Under the pieces are notes generated by a model. The model was not told where the DNA came from, ran no database searches, and was given only the letters and a program-made list of their open reading frames with translations. A DNA stretch of 64,000 nt, taken from contig OZ245020.1 in assembly GCA_965223865.1 (NCBI GenBank), positions 1,440,001 through 1,504,000 of the forward strand. The letters are read 5' to 3'. Below, one piece after another: positions 1 to 9,744 of this stretch. Source of the stretch: Nitrosarchaeum sp. (GTDB lineage: Archaea; Thermoproteota; Nitrososphaeria; Nitrososphaerales; Nitrosopumilaceae). Position 1 is the first letter of the stretch, and each line of letters opens with the position of its first letter. The position numbers and the translations under genes were made by a program.

Positions 1-169
1 GAATATCTGGGCCTACATATTTTTTGAGACTTACCTGATACATCATTACTTTAATGAGAAGTTCAGGATCTACTTTGGGCATTGCCCGAACAACATCCTG
101 GAAGAACTGATTAAAATAGGGTTCAACACTGACAGGTTGTTCTTTTATTTCTTGGACTAACGCGGTCAT
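1..169 (-). CDS. Hypothetical protein, 5' part (runs off window edge)
   Basis: ATG at 169 reads MTALVQEIKEQPVSVEPYFNQFFQDVVRAMPKVDPELL... open to position 1; TTAAATA box ~30 nt upstream. Confidence 0.65.
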   Translation of the reverse strand, partial: MTALVQEIKEQPVSVEPYFNQFFQDVVRAMPKVDPELLIKVMMYQVSLKKYVGPDI

Positions 170-246
170 GATATATAGTAGTCGGAAATACTATTTAACT
201 AGTGATAAATTTGATAACTAGTGGTAATTTTATTTACTTGTTACTA

Positions 247-1124
247 CTAATTCCTTACCCTATTTCTAATAGTAACAGCACTTATTCCAGAAGCCATTGA
301 GATTTTCATTTGTGAAACTTTTTCATGATTTTTTTGAACAGCCAGATATATTGATGCAGCTGCCATGGCCATAGGATGCTTACCATCAGATATTCCTGCT
401 TTTTGACCTAATTTCAAAATCTTTCTTGCATCGCGTTTTGTTTTTTCAGACACTGAAACTTCATTTGAGATACGTGTTATGAATTCAGTTGGATCATAAG
501 ACGTAGAATGTAGATCAAGGTCAGTAGCGAGAAGACGATAAAGGCGATATATTACCTTCTTTTTTACTCCTCCAACTCGGGCAACATCATTTATGGTTCT
601 GGGGGTATCAGTAAGACGACAAGCAATGTAAACAACAGTACATAAAACAGCTTGATTTGAACGGCCAGGAAGAGTTTTTTTTGTTCAACTTTTCTGAATA
701 GATATGCAGATTTTTCTACCACATGTTCTGGCAATGCAAGTTTGGAACGTATACCATCAAGTAAAGTAAATGCCTTTATGAGTGACTGCTTAGTTATAGC
801 ATGTCTGCTGTTTCGGTCCCACATTCTCAGACGATAAAATGACCGCTTATTATCACCTGAAATTGGCTTGCCAGTAGAATCTTTGTCTTGAGCCTGAATT
901 AAAGTAGATAACCCCATATCTGCCATCTTTAAGGAGATTTTACGGCCAGTTCTTGTATTTGTAAGATATTCTTCTTTGGTCTGACCAGCTGGCTCTGGTC
1001 CAAAATCAATTATTTTTTCAGATATTACAACCCCACAATTATTACATGAAATTTCTCCTGTAATTGCATCGGTTACAAGTAAGGCATTTTTACAATTTTT
1101 CTGGTGCAGTGATTCATTTGTCAT
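247..1124 (-). pseudogene. tfb: Transcription initiation factor IIB paralog, frameshifted
   Basis: Zn ribbon (TGEISCNNCG) and two cyclin repeats (GKHPMAMAAASIY, SAVTIRNR); ORFs 591..1124 and 247..453 join into one TFB if one base is added to the A8 run at 675-682. Confidence 0.85.
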
Positions 1125-1292
1125 CTTTTTTTCCCTACCAATAATTAGTATTCACAGAATTTTAACCACAAACCATTTTTTTTACATGATGCTAAGAAAA
1201 TATATAAAAAAATAAATGAGCATAATGCTATTTTTTCATTTAAAAGAAATAACTAAAGAAAATTGTAAAATAATTAAATATTTTTAAAATTA

Positions 1293-1655
1293 TTAAGAAT
1301 CAAGTTGTATGGAATATACAACATATTTTCCTTTTTTGGCACTAAAAATTCCAATTAGTTTTGCCATTATTCCATATTTTTTATTTCTAAGAGCAATTGC
1401 TTTTTCTGCTAAATCTCCTTGAATTAGTTTAGCTTTTCCTGAATGCCATTTGCTTTTTGGTTTTCCTGAAAAGTTGGATACGGCAACATTTACTTTATTG
1501 TTATTTGCTATTCGTTTCACTTTTCCAGTAAATTCTCTTGTAACAATCCAAATAAAATTATCAAACTCTACAAACCATACAGGAGTCTTTACAGAATTTC
1601 CTTTTTTTCTAAAAGTTTCCAGTACAATATATTTTTCATTTGGAAAAATATCCAC
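1293..1655 (-). CDS. PPOX-class F420-dependent oxidoreductase
   Basis: YIVLETFRKKGNSVKTPVWF...GKVKRIANN signature. Confidence 0.85.
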   Translation of the reverse strand: MDIFPNEKYIVLETFRKKGNSVKTPVWFVEFDNFIWIVTREFTGKVKRIANNNKVNVAVSNFSGKPKSKWHSGKAKLIQGDLAEKAIALRNKKYGIMAKLIGIFSAKKGKYVVYSIQLDS

Positions 1656-1772
1656 AAAATAATTTCATTTTAAAATAATGTAAAGGTTGCCAGGAATCAT
1701 AATTCCCTATTCAAATTAGCACTAGTCTAGTTGTTATCACTAGGTTAAATATTATAAAGCCAACTAAAACAT

Positions 1773-1958
1773 ATGGCAGAAGAACAAGAATGGGCAAATT
1801 TACTTGCCGAAGTCTTTGACAAGCTTACACAAAAGCATGCCTCAATCACTTATGATTTTGAAGATCTGGAGATGAAAGGCAAAGTCGAAAAAGAGGGCAA
1901 GATAATCCCAACAGGTACGGTTTCCTTAACTGGAAGGCTGACAATTACCGCAAAGTAG
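1773..1958 (+). CDS. Small hypothetical protein
   Basis: 61-aa ORF, TTAAATA box upstream, tandem with next ORF. Confidence 0.65.
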   Translation: MAEEQEWANLLAEVFDKLTQKHASITYDFEDLEMKGKVEKEGKIIPTGTVSLTGRLTITAK

Positions 1959-1968
1959 TGGGTGTGGA

Positions 1969-2334
1969 ATGAAAGAGATAAACTTCCCCGCTAATTTTTT
2001 AACTTTTCTGACAAGTGGAAGCATCAAGATAACAAATGATTGCGTCCCATCAATTAATTTTACAGCAACAAAAGACACTCGAATTATTGACATTATTCAT
2101 ATTCCAGTCACAATTTCAGGCAAGCCTGGTTTAATTAAACAGCTATCTGAAGCAAAGAGTCTTGCAAAAAATCTGAAACAAGAAAATATTACACTTGAAA
2201 TCAGATTTCAAGGTAATCCCGTACTAAAACTAGGAGAAAAAGCAAATCCAAAACTTGCAAAAATTGTCACATTAAGTAGTGATATTGAAATTACAGATTT
2301 GAAGAAACTAAAAAAATTAAGTGATTTAATTTGA
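1969..2334 (+). CDS. Hypothetical protein
   Basis: 121-aa ORF preceded by GGGTG SD-like sequence. Confidence 0.7.
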   Translation: MKEINFPANFLTFLTSGSIKITNDCVPSINFTATKDTRIIDIIHIPVTISGKPGLIKQLSEAKSLAKNLKQENITLEIRFQGNPVLKLGEKANPKLAKIVTLSSDIEITDLKKLKKLSDLI

Positions 2335-2445
2335 TTTGTGAAAAAACTATTCGATAAAACTCCTTGTAAATATTTGGTTGTTGAAGTAAATAAGACAACA
2401 ATCATATCGATTAAAAAATTTTAAAAAATATAATTTGTAAAATAG

Positions 2446-2832
2446 TTAAGACCCCATCATACCTACCATTTTTGGCAACTCACGATACGCTTTGTTTACA
2501 AAAATACCATTATCAGCTTCAATCATTACAAACTCCATCGCATTTTCCGGAGGTGGAGAGATTATAATTTTCTGTCCTACATTGAGTTTCCCAATATCAA
2601 GTGTATCTCCTCCACCAAAATTAACGTGAATATTGGTTAATGGTTGTGAGCCAGTGTTTTGAATGGTAATTCTCCCAGTTACAAACAAATTTTGTTTATC
2701 AATAATAGGATCAACAAAAATATCGTGATCTTGAGTAGAAACAGAAAGTTTCAATATGTCTAGGCCAAAAATTACAGCCATCAAACTAATAATCCCAATA
2801 CCAAATCCAATAAGAATGGTGTATTGATTCAA
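2446..2832 (-). CDS. Membrane-anchored protein with Ig/CARDB-like beta domain
   Basis: N-terminal hydrophobic helix; ITIQNTGSQPLTNI motif. Confidence 0.65.
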   Translation of the reverse strand: MNQYTILIGFGIGIISLMAVIFGLDILKLSVSTQDHDIFVDPIIDKQNLFVTGRITIQNTGSQPLTNIHVNFGGGDTLDIGKLNVGQKIIISPPPENAMEFVMIEADNGIFVNKAYRELPKMVGMMGS

Positions 2833-2971
2833 TGTAGCTTTATACCTTTTCTAATAATTAAGAATGATGAAATTTTAAAATAAACCGATCAATAATGCAA
2901 GTAAAAGAAAGGTGAGGCAATCATTTTTTACTTCAAAAAACATCTTTATCTAATGATTTTTTCAAAATAAC

Positions 2972-3100
2972 ATGACACTCTCAAAATATTGTCGCGCAAC
3001 ATTACATGATACTTGTACTGGTTTTATTGATTTGAAAAAGGAATGTACTTGTGACTGTCATGAAAAAGAAGAATCTGATTCTTTTTGGAAAATCAAATAA
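2972..3100 (+). CDS. 42-aa Cys/His-rich microprotein
   Basis: Hand translation MTLSKYCRATLHDTCTGFIDLKKECTCDCHEKEESDSFWKIK; TTTATC box ~27 nt upstream. Confidence 0.6.
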   Translation: MTLSKYCRATLHDTCTGFIDLKKECTCDCHEKEESDSFWKIK

Positions 3101-3329
3101 ATTTATTGATTGCATTTAGGATAGAATTTGTAAAAAAGATCTATTATGAGTTGCAATGACAATCACAAGAGCAGCTTGAACTAGAAATATGTTCTATGAT
3201 GCAACTAGTACACGGAATTATTGCTGTTATTTCAGACATAATTTTACAGGCAGTTTTTGAATATTAGCAATTACTAAGAACTTATCTATTATCCATAAAA
3301 TCCATCCAAACAGTTATTTTGAATTTAAG

Positions 3330-3397
3330 GCCAAGGGAAATTCAATCATTTTAGGAGGATGATTAACAAGCAGTGGCATCTGCTTTTTCCCCTTGGC
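3330..3397 (-). ncRNA. Candidate three-way-junction small RNA
   Basis: Closing stem GCCAAGGG/CCCUUGGC, inner stems AAGCAG/CUGCUU and AAUCAU/AUGAUU; TAAATA 31 nt upstream; upstream region paralogous to 18988-19041. Confidence 0.6.
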
Positions 3398-3482
3398 TGA
3401 TTAGTCTTAGGCACGTTTTCAATATTTAGGGGTTCTTTTTTGTAGTAATTTTCAAATACTTGCGATCATAAGTAATAGTAGC

Positions 3483-3544
3483 GTCTTTTCAAGGGTTAGA
3501 CGTGGCCTAACGCTAGCTAATGGCAGAACAACAACCCTTTTGAC
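3483..3544 (-). ncRNA. Candidate hairpin small RNA or 3'-UTR structure
   Basis: AAGGGUU/AACCCUU plus inner GCC-UAGC/GUUA-GGC; TTAATC 27 nt upstream. Confidence 0.4.
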
Positions 3545-3571
3545 TAGTTAAATTCCAGTTTTTCAGATTAA

Positions 3572-3850
3572 TCATATTACTTGAACACCGTTCCAGAATG
3601 CCACCATTCCTTTGATTTTTTTGGCAGCATCATTGGGTTCAGCATAATACCATGCACAATCTTTGTTAGTTTTTCCATTGACTGTTACAGAATAGTAATT
3701 TGCCATCCCTTTCCATCCACAAAATGTCGTAAGATCAGTTTTTTCAAAATATTCTGATTTTATAGAATCGATAGGAAAATAGTGATTACCTTCAACTACA
3801 ACGGTATCAGCACTTTCAGCAATTACAACCTCATTCCAAATGGCTTTCAT
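3572..3850 (-). CDS. DUF427 domain protein
   Basis: VVEGNHYFP...CGWKGMANYY...AWYY signature. Confidence 0.9.
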   Translation of the reverse strand: MKAIWNEVVIAESADTVVVEGNHYFPIDSIKSEYFEKTDLTTFCGWKGMANYYSVTVNGKTNKDCAWYYAEPNDAAKKIKGMVAFWNGVQVI

Positions 3851-3934
3851 AGATCATTTACCAAAAAACAATATTTAAAGAAATCCCAATCGGTTTTTTG
3901 AAAAGTCATACATTTCTTATTTTTTGATTGGAAA

Positions 3935-5368
3935 TTATTCGCCTTTCATCTCTTCGCGAGTTTTAAAGCTTGGTGTAATGCCAAGAGATTCATAGTTTCC
4001 AGAAGAGCAAGTAAAGCACATAGAATCTGTTGGCATGCCAACTGCTGCTGCAAGATTTTCTGCATCATTGTATCCTAAAAAGTCAGCTCCAATACTTTGT
4101 CGGACCATCTCAGTTAGTTCTTCATTTGTCATCTCTTTGCCATTTGAAAATGTTGCAAGTTCTTCTTGTGATGGAAAATCAATTCCAGCATAGCAAGGGA
4201 ATTTAATTGGAGGATATGTAATGACCATGCTAATTTTTCTAGCACCTGCTCTTCTTAATGCCTTAATAATTGCCTTTGAGCTTGTACCACGAACCAAACT
4301 ATCATCAATCACAACAACATGTTTGTCCTCAATAATCTCTCTAATTGGAATAATCCATCTGTTAATTTCAATTCTGTCACTCTGATGAGGTTCAATAAAA
4401 CTACGAAGTGGACCTTTCTTGCTGTAACGATCTTTGAGGAGTCCTTCATCAAATGACACTCCCAATTCTTGTGCATAACCTAGTGCTGCAGGTCTTGCAG
4501 AATCCGGAACTGGAATTACAAGATCAGCATCTTTGAGGGGGAATTTTTTGGCCAAAAATTGGCCAATTCTTTTTCTTGATATGTAGATATTAGAGCCTTC
4601 CATATTGCTTGAAGGATGTGCAAAATAGGTAAATTCAAAAGAACAATGAGCTCGTGTCTTGTCTTCAGAAAATAATTCTGTCTGCAAACCCTCTGAGCTA
4701 AGTTTAATCAGTTCACCAGGGCTGACATCTCTTTGTAGTTTTGCACCAACTGCAGAAAGTGCAGAGGATTCGGATGCTACAACATAGGTGTTATCTGATT
4801 CTTTATGTCCTAAAACCATAGGACGAAATCCTTTAGGGTCTCTAGCAGCATATACTGCATTATCATCAGAGATAAATGTAAAGCAGTAAGAACCTACCAT
4901 TTCGTTTTTCAGAATTGAAAGGGCTTTTCCCATTTGTCCTTTTTCAGATATTAATGAAACCAATCTTTGGGCTGCAACAAGCGTATCACTTGCATTTTGG
5001 GGGGTAAATGAACATCCCCCAACCATGTTTGCCAGTTCTTGGACATTTGCAATGGTTCCATTATGTGCAACACAAAGGTCTTTTACTTTGAGGGGTTGAG
5101 CATTTTCAAGATTGCTTTTACCTATAGTAGAATATCTCACATGTCCAATGACTGCAGAGGAGGCATAATCTTCGGAGATTTTTTTAAATTCAGAAGATGA
5201 TGCAGAAACAAGGCCAAGTTTTTTGAGAGGAGGTTTGTTTGGAATTGCAAGGCCCCATGCTTCTTGACCTCTATGTTGAAGCGCTCGTAATGCATCAATT
5301 ACCATCGGAACAACATTTGTTCCACTAAGACTGAAAATTCCAACAACACCACAATTTTCCTTAACCAT
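3935..5368 (-). CDS. purF: Amidophosphoribosyltransferase
   Basis: N-terminal CGVVG, LQHRGQE, PRPP motif VVIDDSLVRGT, Fe-S cysteines. Confidence 0.97.
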   Translation of the reverse strand: MVKENCGVVGIFSLSGTNVVPMVIDALRALQHRGQEAWGLAIPNKPPLKKLGLVSASSSEFKKISEDYASSAVIGHVRYSTIGKSNLENAQPLKVKDLCVAHNGTIANVQELANMVGGCSFTPQNASDTLVAAQRLVSLISEKGQMGKALSILKNEMVGSYCFTFISDDNAVYAARDPKGFRPMVLGHKESDNTYVVASESSALSAVGAKLQRDVSPGELIKLSSEGLQTELFSEDKTRAHCSFEFTYFAHPSSNMEGSNIYISRKRIGQFLAKKFPLKDADLVIPVPDSARPAALGYAQELGVSFDEGLLKDRYSKKGPLRSFIEPHQSDRIEINRWIIPIREIIEDKHVVVIDDSLVRGTSSKAIIKALRRAGARKISMVITYPPIKFPCYAGIDFPSQEELATFSNGKEMTNEELTEMVRQSIGADFLGYNDAENLAAAVGMPTDSMCFTCSSGNYESLGITPSFKTREEMKGE

Positions 5369-7523
5369 GAACTACCAACTCCCTCAACGAATTAATCCAT
5401 GTTTTTTGTGCCTTATCAACTCTTAGATCTATGATATTCTCTGAGTTCTTACTAAATGAGATATTCTTTCCACCAAACTTACCTATCGGATTAAAAGACA
5501 CGTTGTCTTTTTTTAGAATTTCTTTTAGTTTATCTAGATGATTTTTTTCTAAAACTAAAAGATATCTAGAGTGACTCTCAGAAAACAAAACTCTATCCAC
5601 ATCGAGTTTTGGTCCTGGAACATTTTCCAATAAAACATCACAGCCAATTTGGCTAGTCATGCAAAGCTCAGATACGGCAACTGCCAACCCTCCTTTAGAG
5701 CAATCATGAACATTTTTGAGAATTCCTTTTTTGATTATTTGTAAAACTGTATTCATATTCTTTTTTGATTCACTAAAATCAACAACTGGGCATTTTCCAC
5801 CAATAAACTTGTGGATATACTCAAAGTATTCAGAACCACCCATCTCATCTTTGGTATTTCCAATAATCACTAGAACGTCACCTTCAGAAATTTTTTGAGG
5901 AATTTGGGGTTTTTTTGTTAAACCCAAAACTCCAATTAGAGGAGTTGGTTTTATTGGACCTGAAGGGGTTTCGTTGTAAAGGCTTACCTTTCCACCAATG
6001 CATGGAATTTTGAAGTATTTTGCAAAGTCAGTCAATCCCTTGAGAGATTCTAAAAATGTCCAAAAGATTTCAGGGTCTTGTGGATTCCCAAATTGAAGAT
6101 GATCAAGCATTCCTATTGGTTTAGCTCCCGTACAGACAACATTTCTACATGCTTCCTCAAAACATCCTATTGCACCCTCTCGAGGGTTAAGAAAACAATG
6201 TTTTGGATTGCCGTCAATTTTTGCAGATAGAAATTTACCATTATCTAATCTCAAAACGGCTGAATCATTTCCAGGTTTTACTACAGTTCGAATTCCTACC
6301 TCATGATCATATTGTCCATAGACCCAGATTTTACTTGCAATATTTGGAGAAGCCAAAAATTTCATCATAATTTTAGAATAATTTGAAATTGGCTTGAGCT
6401 TTGTTTCTTTTTCTATAGTTTCAAGATATGCCGGTTTTTTTGAAGGTCTGTCTAATAGATCAGCGTTTGCAACAACATCTGTTGGAAGAGCAGCGTAAGT
6501 TTTTTTGCCTTTTTTTACATGCATTATACTATTTGATGTTACTGTACCAATAACTGAACAAACAATTCTGAATTTCTTGCATATTTCTTGAAGTTTTTTT
6601 AGTTTGGTCTTGTTTGTAACAATAAGCATTCTTTCTTGAGATTCAGATATCATAATTTCCTCTGGATGCATTCCAGGTTCTCGCGTATGCACCTTATCAA
6701 CATCCATTTCGATGCCAACAGATAACGCATCTGCAGTTTCAGAAACTGCACAAGATAATCCACCTCCTCCAAGATCTTTCATGGCATTTATGAGATTATG
6801 ATTTCTTGCCTCTAAAATTGCCTCTATGATTAATTTTTCAATAAAAGGATCAGGTATTTGAACAGCAGATCTATCCTCTGACTCTAAAGAGTCAGAGGCA
6901 AATTGTGAACCACCAATTCCATCCCTTCCTGTTGAACCACCAATTAAAACTACAAGATCACCCTTGTTAGCATGGTTTTTTATCAAATTTTCTTTTTTAC
7001 CAAATCCTATTGATGCAACATCAACAAGAGCATAGTTTGTATAGCATTTATCAAACTCTACTTCACCACCTATTGTTGGGATACCTAAACAATTTCCATA
7101 ATCTGCAATTCCAGTAACAGCATTTTTGAAGAGCCATCTTGCCTGTTGATCTTTTTCAATATCCCCAAATCTCAAGCCATCAAATAATGCAATAGGTCGG
7201 GTCCCGGCAGATAAGATATCACGAATTACTCCTCCAACACCTGTTGCAGCCCCACCATACGGTTCTACTGCAGAGGGGTGATTATGACTTTCAATGTGTG
7301 CAGTTACGACATAACCATCCCCGACGTCTAAGACACCTGAATCATATCCTTTTTCAGATATTACCAAAGGTCCTTTCATAGGTAGCATTTTGAGGTGCTT
7401 CTTTGATGATTTGTATGAGCAGTGTTCAGACCATTCAGCTGCTACAATGTGTAACTCTGTTGATGTAGGTTTTCGTCCAATCTTTGATGTAAGATCTTCG
7501 AGTTCTTGTCGCTCTAAACTCAA
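5361..7523 (-). CDS. purL: FGAM synthase subunit PurL
   Basis: WSEHCSYKSS, ESHNHPS, GAATGVGG, DLGGGGL motifs. Confidence 0.97.
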   Translation of the reverse strand: MSLERQELEDLTSKIGRKPTSTELHIVAAEWSEHCSYKSSKKHLKMLPMKGPLVISEKGYDSGVLDVGDGYVVTAHIESHNHPSAVEPYGGAATGVGGVIRDILSAGTRPIALFDGLRFGDIEKDQQARWLFKNAVTGIADYGNCLGIPTIGGEVEFDKCYTNYALVDVASIGFGKKENLIKNHANKGDLVVLIGGSTGRDGIGGSQFASDSLESEDRSAVQIPDPFIEKLIIEAILEARNHNLINAMKDLGGGGLSCAVSETADALSVGIEMDVDKVHTREPGMHPEEIMISESQERMLIVTNKTKLKKLQEICKKFRIVCSVIGTVTSNSIMHVKKGKKTYAALPTDVVANADLLDRPSKKPAYLETIEKETKLKPISNYSKIMMKFLASPNIASKIWVYGQYDHEVGIRTVVKPGNDSAVLRLDNGKFLSAKIDGNPKHCFLNPREGAIGCFEEACRNVVCTGAKPIGMLDHLQFGNPQDPEIFWTFLESLKGLTDFAKYFKIPCIGGKVSLYNETPSGPIKPTPLIGVLGLTKKPQIPQKISEGDVLVIIGNTKDEMGGSEYFEYIHKFIGGKCPVVDFSESKKNMNTVLQIIKKGILKNVHDCSKGGLAVAVSELCMTSQIGCDVLLENVPGPKLDVDRVLFSESHSRYLLVLEKNHLDKLKEILKKDNVSFNPIGKFGGKNISFSKNSENIIDLRVDKAQKTWINSLRELVVHG

Positions 7524-8200
7524 TTTTCAACACCAATAGTGCTTAGAAGAGATTTAAAAATTAGAGAAGATGGTTTGTTATCAATTGGATTGATTTCTGA
7601 TTCTACTGCTCTTTCGGGATGAGGCATCATTCCAACTATGTTATAATCTTCATTACATACACCTGCAATATTATACGAAGATCCATTTACCACCTCAGCA
7701 TATCTAAAAACAATTTGATTGTTTTTCTTTATCTTTTCAAGGACAGATTCATCAACATAATATCTCCCCTCTCCATTTGCAATGGGAATTGGAATTTTTT
7801 GACCTAAAGTAAATTGATTTGTAAAAGGAGTTTTGTTATTTTCTACTATCAAATTCGTCCATTCACACATAAAATTAAGTGATGTATTTTTGAGCAAAAC
7901 TCCAGGCAGCAATCCTGCCTCTACAAGAATTTGAAATCCATTACATACACCCAAAATAGGAATGCCTTTTTCTGCTAATTTTTTTACGTCTTTAATAACA
8001 GGACTATGTGCGGCAATGACACCTGCTCTTAATCTATCACCATAAGAAAATCCTCCAGGTAAAATTATCGCATCAATATTTTTTGGCAGACCTTTTTCAT
8101 GCCAAAAATATTGAGTATTCAAATTAAAGACATCTGTTAAAACATGATACATGTCTCGATCACAGTTACTGCCAGGAAAAACAACGACTCCAATCTTCAC
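7520..8200 (-). CDS. purQ: FGAM synthase glutaminase subunit PurQ
   Basis: FPGSNCD, PGGFSYGD, GVCNGFQ, MMPHPER. Confidence 0.97.
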   Translation of the reverse strand: MKIGVVVFPGSNCDRDMYHVLTDVFNLNTQYFWHEKGLPKNIDAIILPGGFSYGDRLRAGVIAAHSPVIKDVKKLAEKGIPILGVCNGFQILVEAGLLPGVLLKNTSLNFMCEWTNLIVENNKTPFTNQFTLGQKIPIPIANGEGRYYVDESVLEKIKKNNQIVFRYAEVVNGSSYNIAGVCNEDYNIVGMMPHPERAVESEINPIDNKPSSLIFKSLLSTIGVEN

Positions 8201-8266
8201 ATTTGTTTTTACTCAAGGAGATATTTAATTTGAATCCAGCCAAATGAATTTATGTGAAGAATTCCC

Positions 8267-8698
8267 TTGATCGCCATGGCACATATACGTGACATTATGG
8301 AAAAAAATGTTGTAACAATAGAACATGAAAAAAATGCACTTGATGCTGCCAAATTACTAAAAGAAAAAGAGATCAGTTTTTTGGTCATAATTAAGGATAA
8401 TAGTCCAATAGGAATTGTTTCGGAGAGAGATTTTGTAAAAAAAGTTGTTGCAGAAGATAAGGTAGCATCAACAATGTCCCTTGAAAGCATAATGTCAAAA
8501 AAATTTAGATGGGTACAGCCAGATAGTAAAATTGAAGATGCGGTACAAAAAATGCTAAACAATAACATTCGAAGATTACTAGTTTTAGAAAAGGAGAAAC
8601 TTGTTGGAGTGATTACTCAAACGGATCTTACCAGCTTTCTCAGAAGTAAACTGCTGATTAATGGAACAATTGAGAATATAGAAGAAGAAAATTCTTAG
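8267..8698 (+). CDS. CBS-domain pair protein
   Basis: GIVSERDF and GVITQTDL CBS motifs. Confidence 0.9.
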   Translation: MIAMAHIRDIMEKNVVTIEHEKNALDAAKLLKEKEISFLVIIKDNSPIGIVSERDFVKKVVAEDKVASTMSLESIMSKKFRWVQPDSKIEDAVQKMLNNNIRRLLVLEKEKLVGVITQTDLTSFLRSKLLINGTIENIEEENS

Positions 8699-8955
8699 AC
8701 CTCAAAAACATCTATTGTTACCTTGCTGACCATAGGATTGTAAATCCTCAATTCATCACAAATTTCCTGAACCCTTTGTTTAGCTGTTTTGATACTTTTT
8801 TCCTTTATAGTAAACTTTAGCATTTTAGCAGTTTTGATTTTTGATATTGTAGAATTGGTACCTTTCAAAACAAGGTCATTTAGAATTGTGTCTCCTTCTG
8901 GATCACTAATTCCGGGTTTGTTTTCAATAATTACATGAACATCATAGGTAGCCAT
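8695..8955 (-). CDS. purS: FGAM synthase subunit PurS
   Basis: KPGISDPEG...NP motif; next to purQL. Confidence 0.9.
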   Translation of the reverse strand: MATYDVHVIIENKPGISDPEGDTILNDLVLKGTNSTISKIKTAKMLKFTIKEKSIKTAKQRVQEICDELRIYNPMVSKVTIDVFEV

Positions 8956-9036
8956 GAGTATTTTTGAAATTCAAAGTGAGGTTAATCTATCTTCCGACCA
9001 GAATTGTGCTTTTATACTAAAAATAAAAAAGAAATC

Positions 9037-9096
9037 AGATACCCGATTCTGAGGACTTGTGTTGTTGTTAGGCAAATAACCCAGAATCGGTTATCT
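9037..9096 (-). other. Long hairpin plus T-tract directly after a stop codon (terminator-like or structured 3' UTR)
   Basis: 15-bp stem AGAUAACCGAUUCUG/CAGAAUCGGGUAUCU with one mismatch, then UUUCUUUUUU. Confidence 0.55.
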
Positions 9097-9488
9097 TAAT
9101 CATTTTTAGTTTTGAAATTATTTTTGACATATTCTGTGTACTTTCTGTAAAGTCCAGATTCATAATTAGGATTCTGAGTTATTAGAGATTTTTTAATCAA
9201 GTCTTCTTTTGAATGAAGCATGTTTTTTTCAAAAATGCCCTTATTGTCTAATACAATACAAAGGTCTTGCCAAAGTGATACTTCATTTGGATTTCTATTT
9301 GCAGTAGCATAGTAAACATAAAGTAATCTTAATTTATTGTATTCATCAAGATTCAAATCTTTTCCAAGAAGATACTTTCTTCGTAATTTCTGAAAAAATA
9401 TCAATCCCTCTTTTGTCAGAACATAATCAAATAGTTTAGGATAGTCATCAATGTCTATTGGGTGTAATGGATTTTGAGAAACCAACAC
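9096..9488 (-). CDS. Hypothetical protein
   Basis: 130-aa ORF with ordinary composition. Confidence 0.7.
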   Translation of the reverse strand: MLVSQNPLHPIDIDDYPKLFDYVLTKEGLIFFQKLRRKYLLGKDLNLDEYNKLRLLYVYYATANRNPNEVSLWQDLCIVLDNKGIFEKNMLHSKEDLIKKSLITQNPNYESGLYRKYTEYVKNNFKTKND

Positions 9489-9744
9489 TCTAGATTATTT
9501 TTATCTAGTTTTTTATTTTATGATTTGAATTTTGTATTTTCATTAGAAATAAAATTCAACGTATGAAAAGATGATGGATAGAAAGGGACGGCTATATCTA
9601 CATGAAGATATATTTTTTCATATTTGTTTAATCTAGGGAACAGAAAATATAAGTTATTGAATTTCAGATGAGATTTAGCCTTAAAAGAGAACAAAGTCAC
9701 CCTAAACATTGGAATTTATATCTCATTTATACTGTAATTAATCA

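Noticed and set aside
3330-3397. tRNA
   Set aside because: Only two inner arms; no TTCGA T-loop or canonical D-loop
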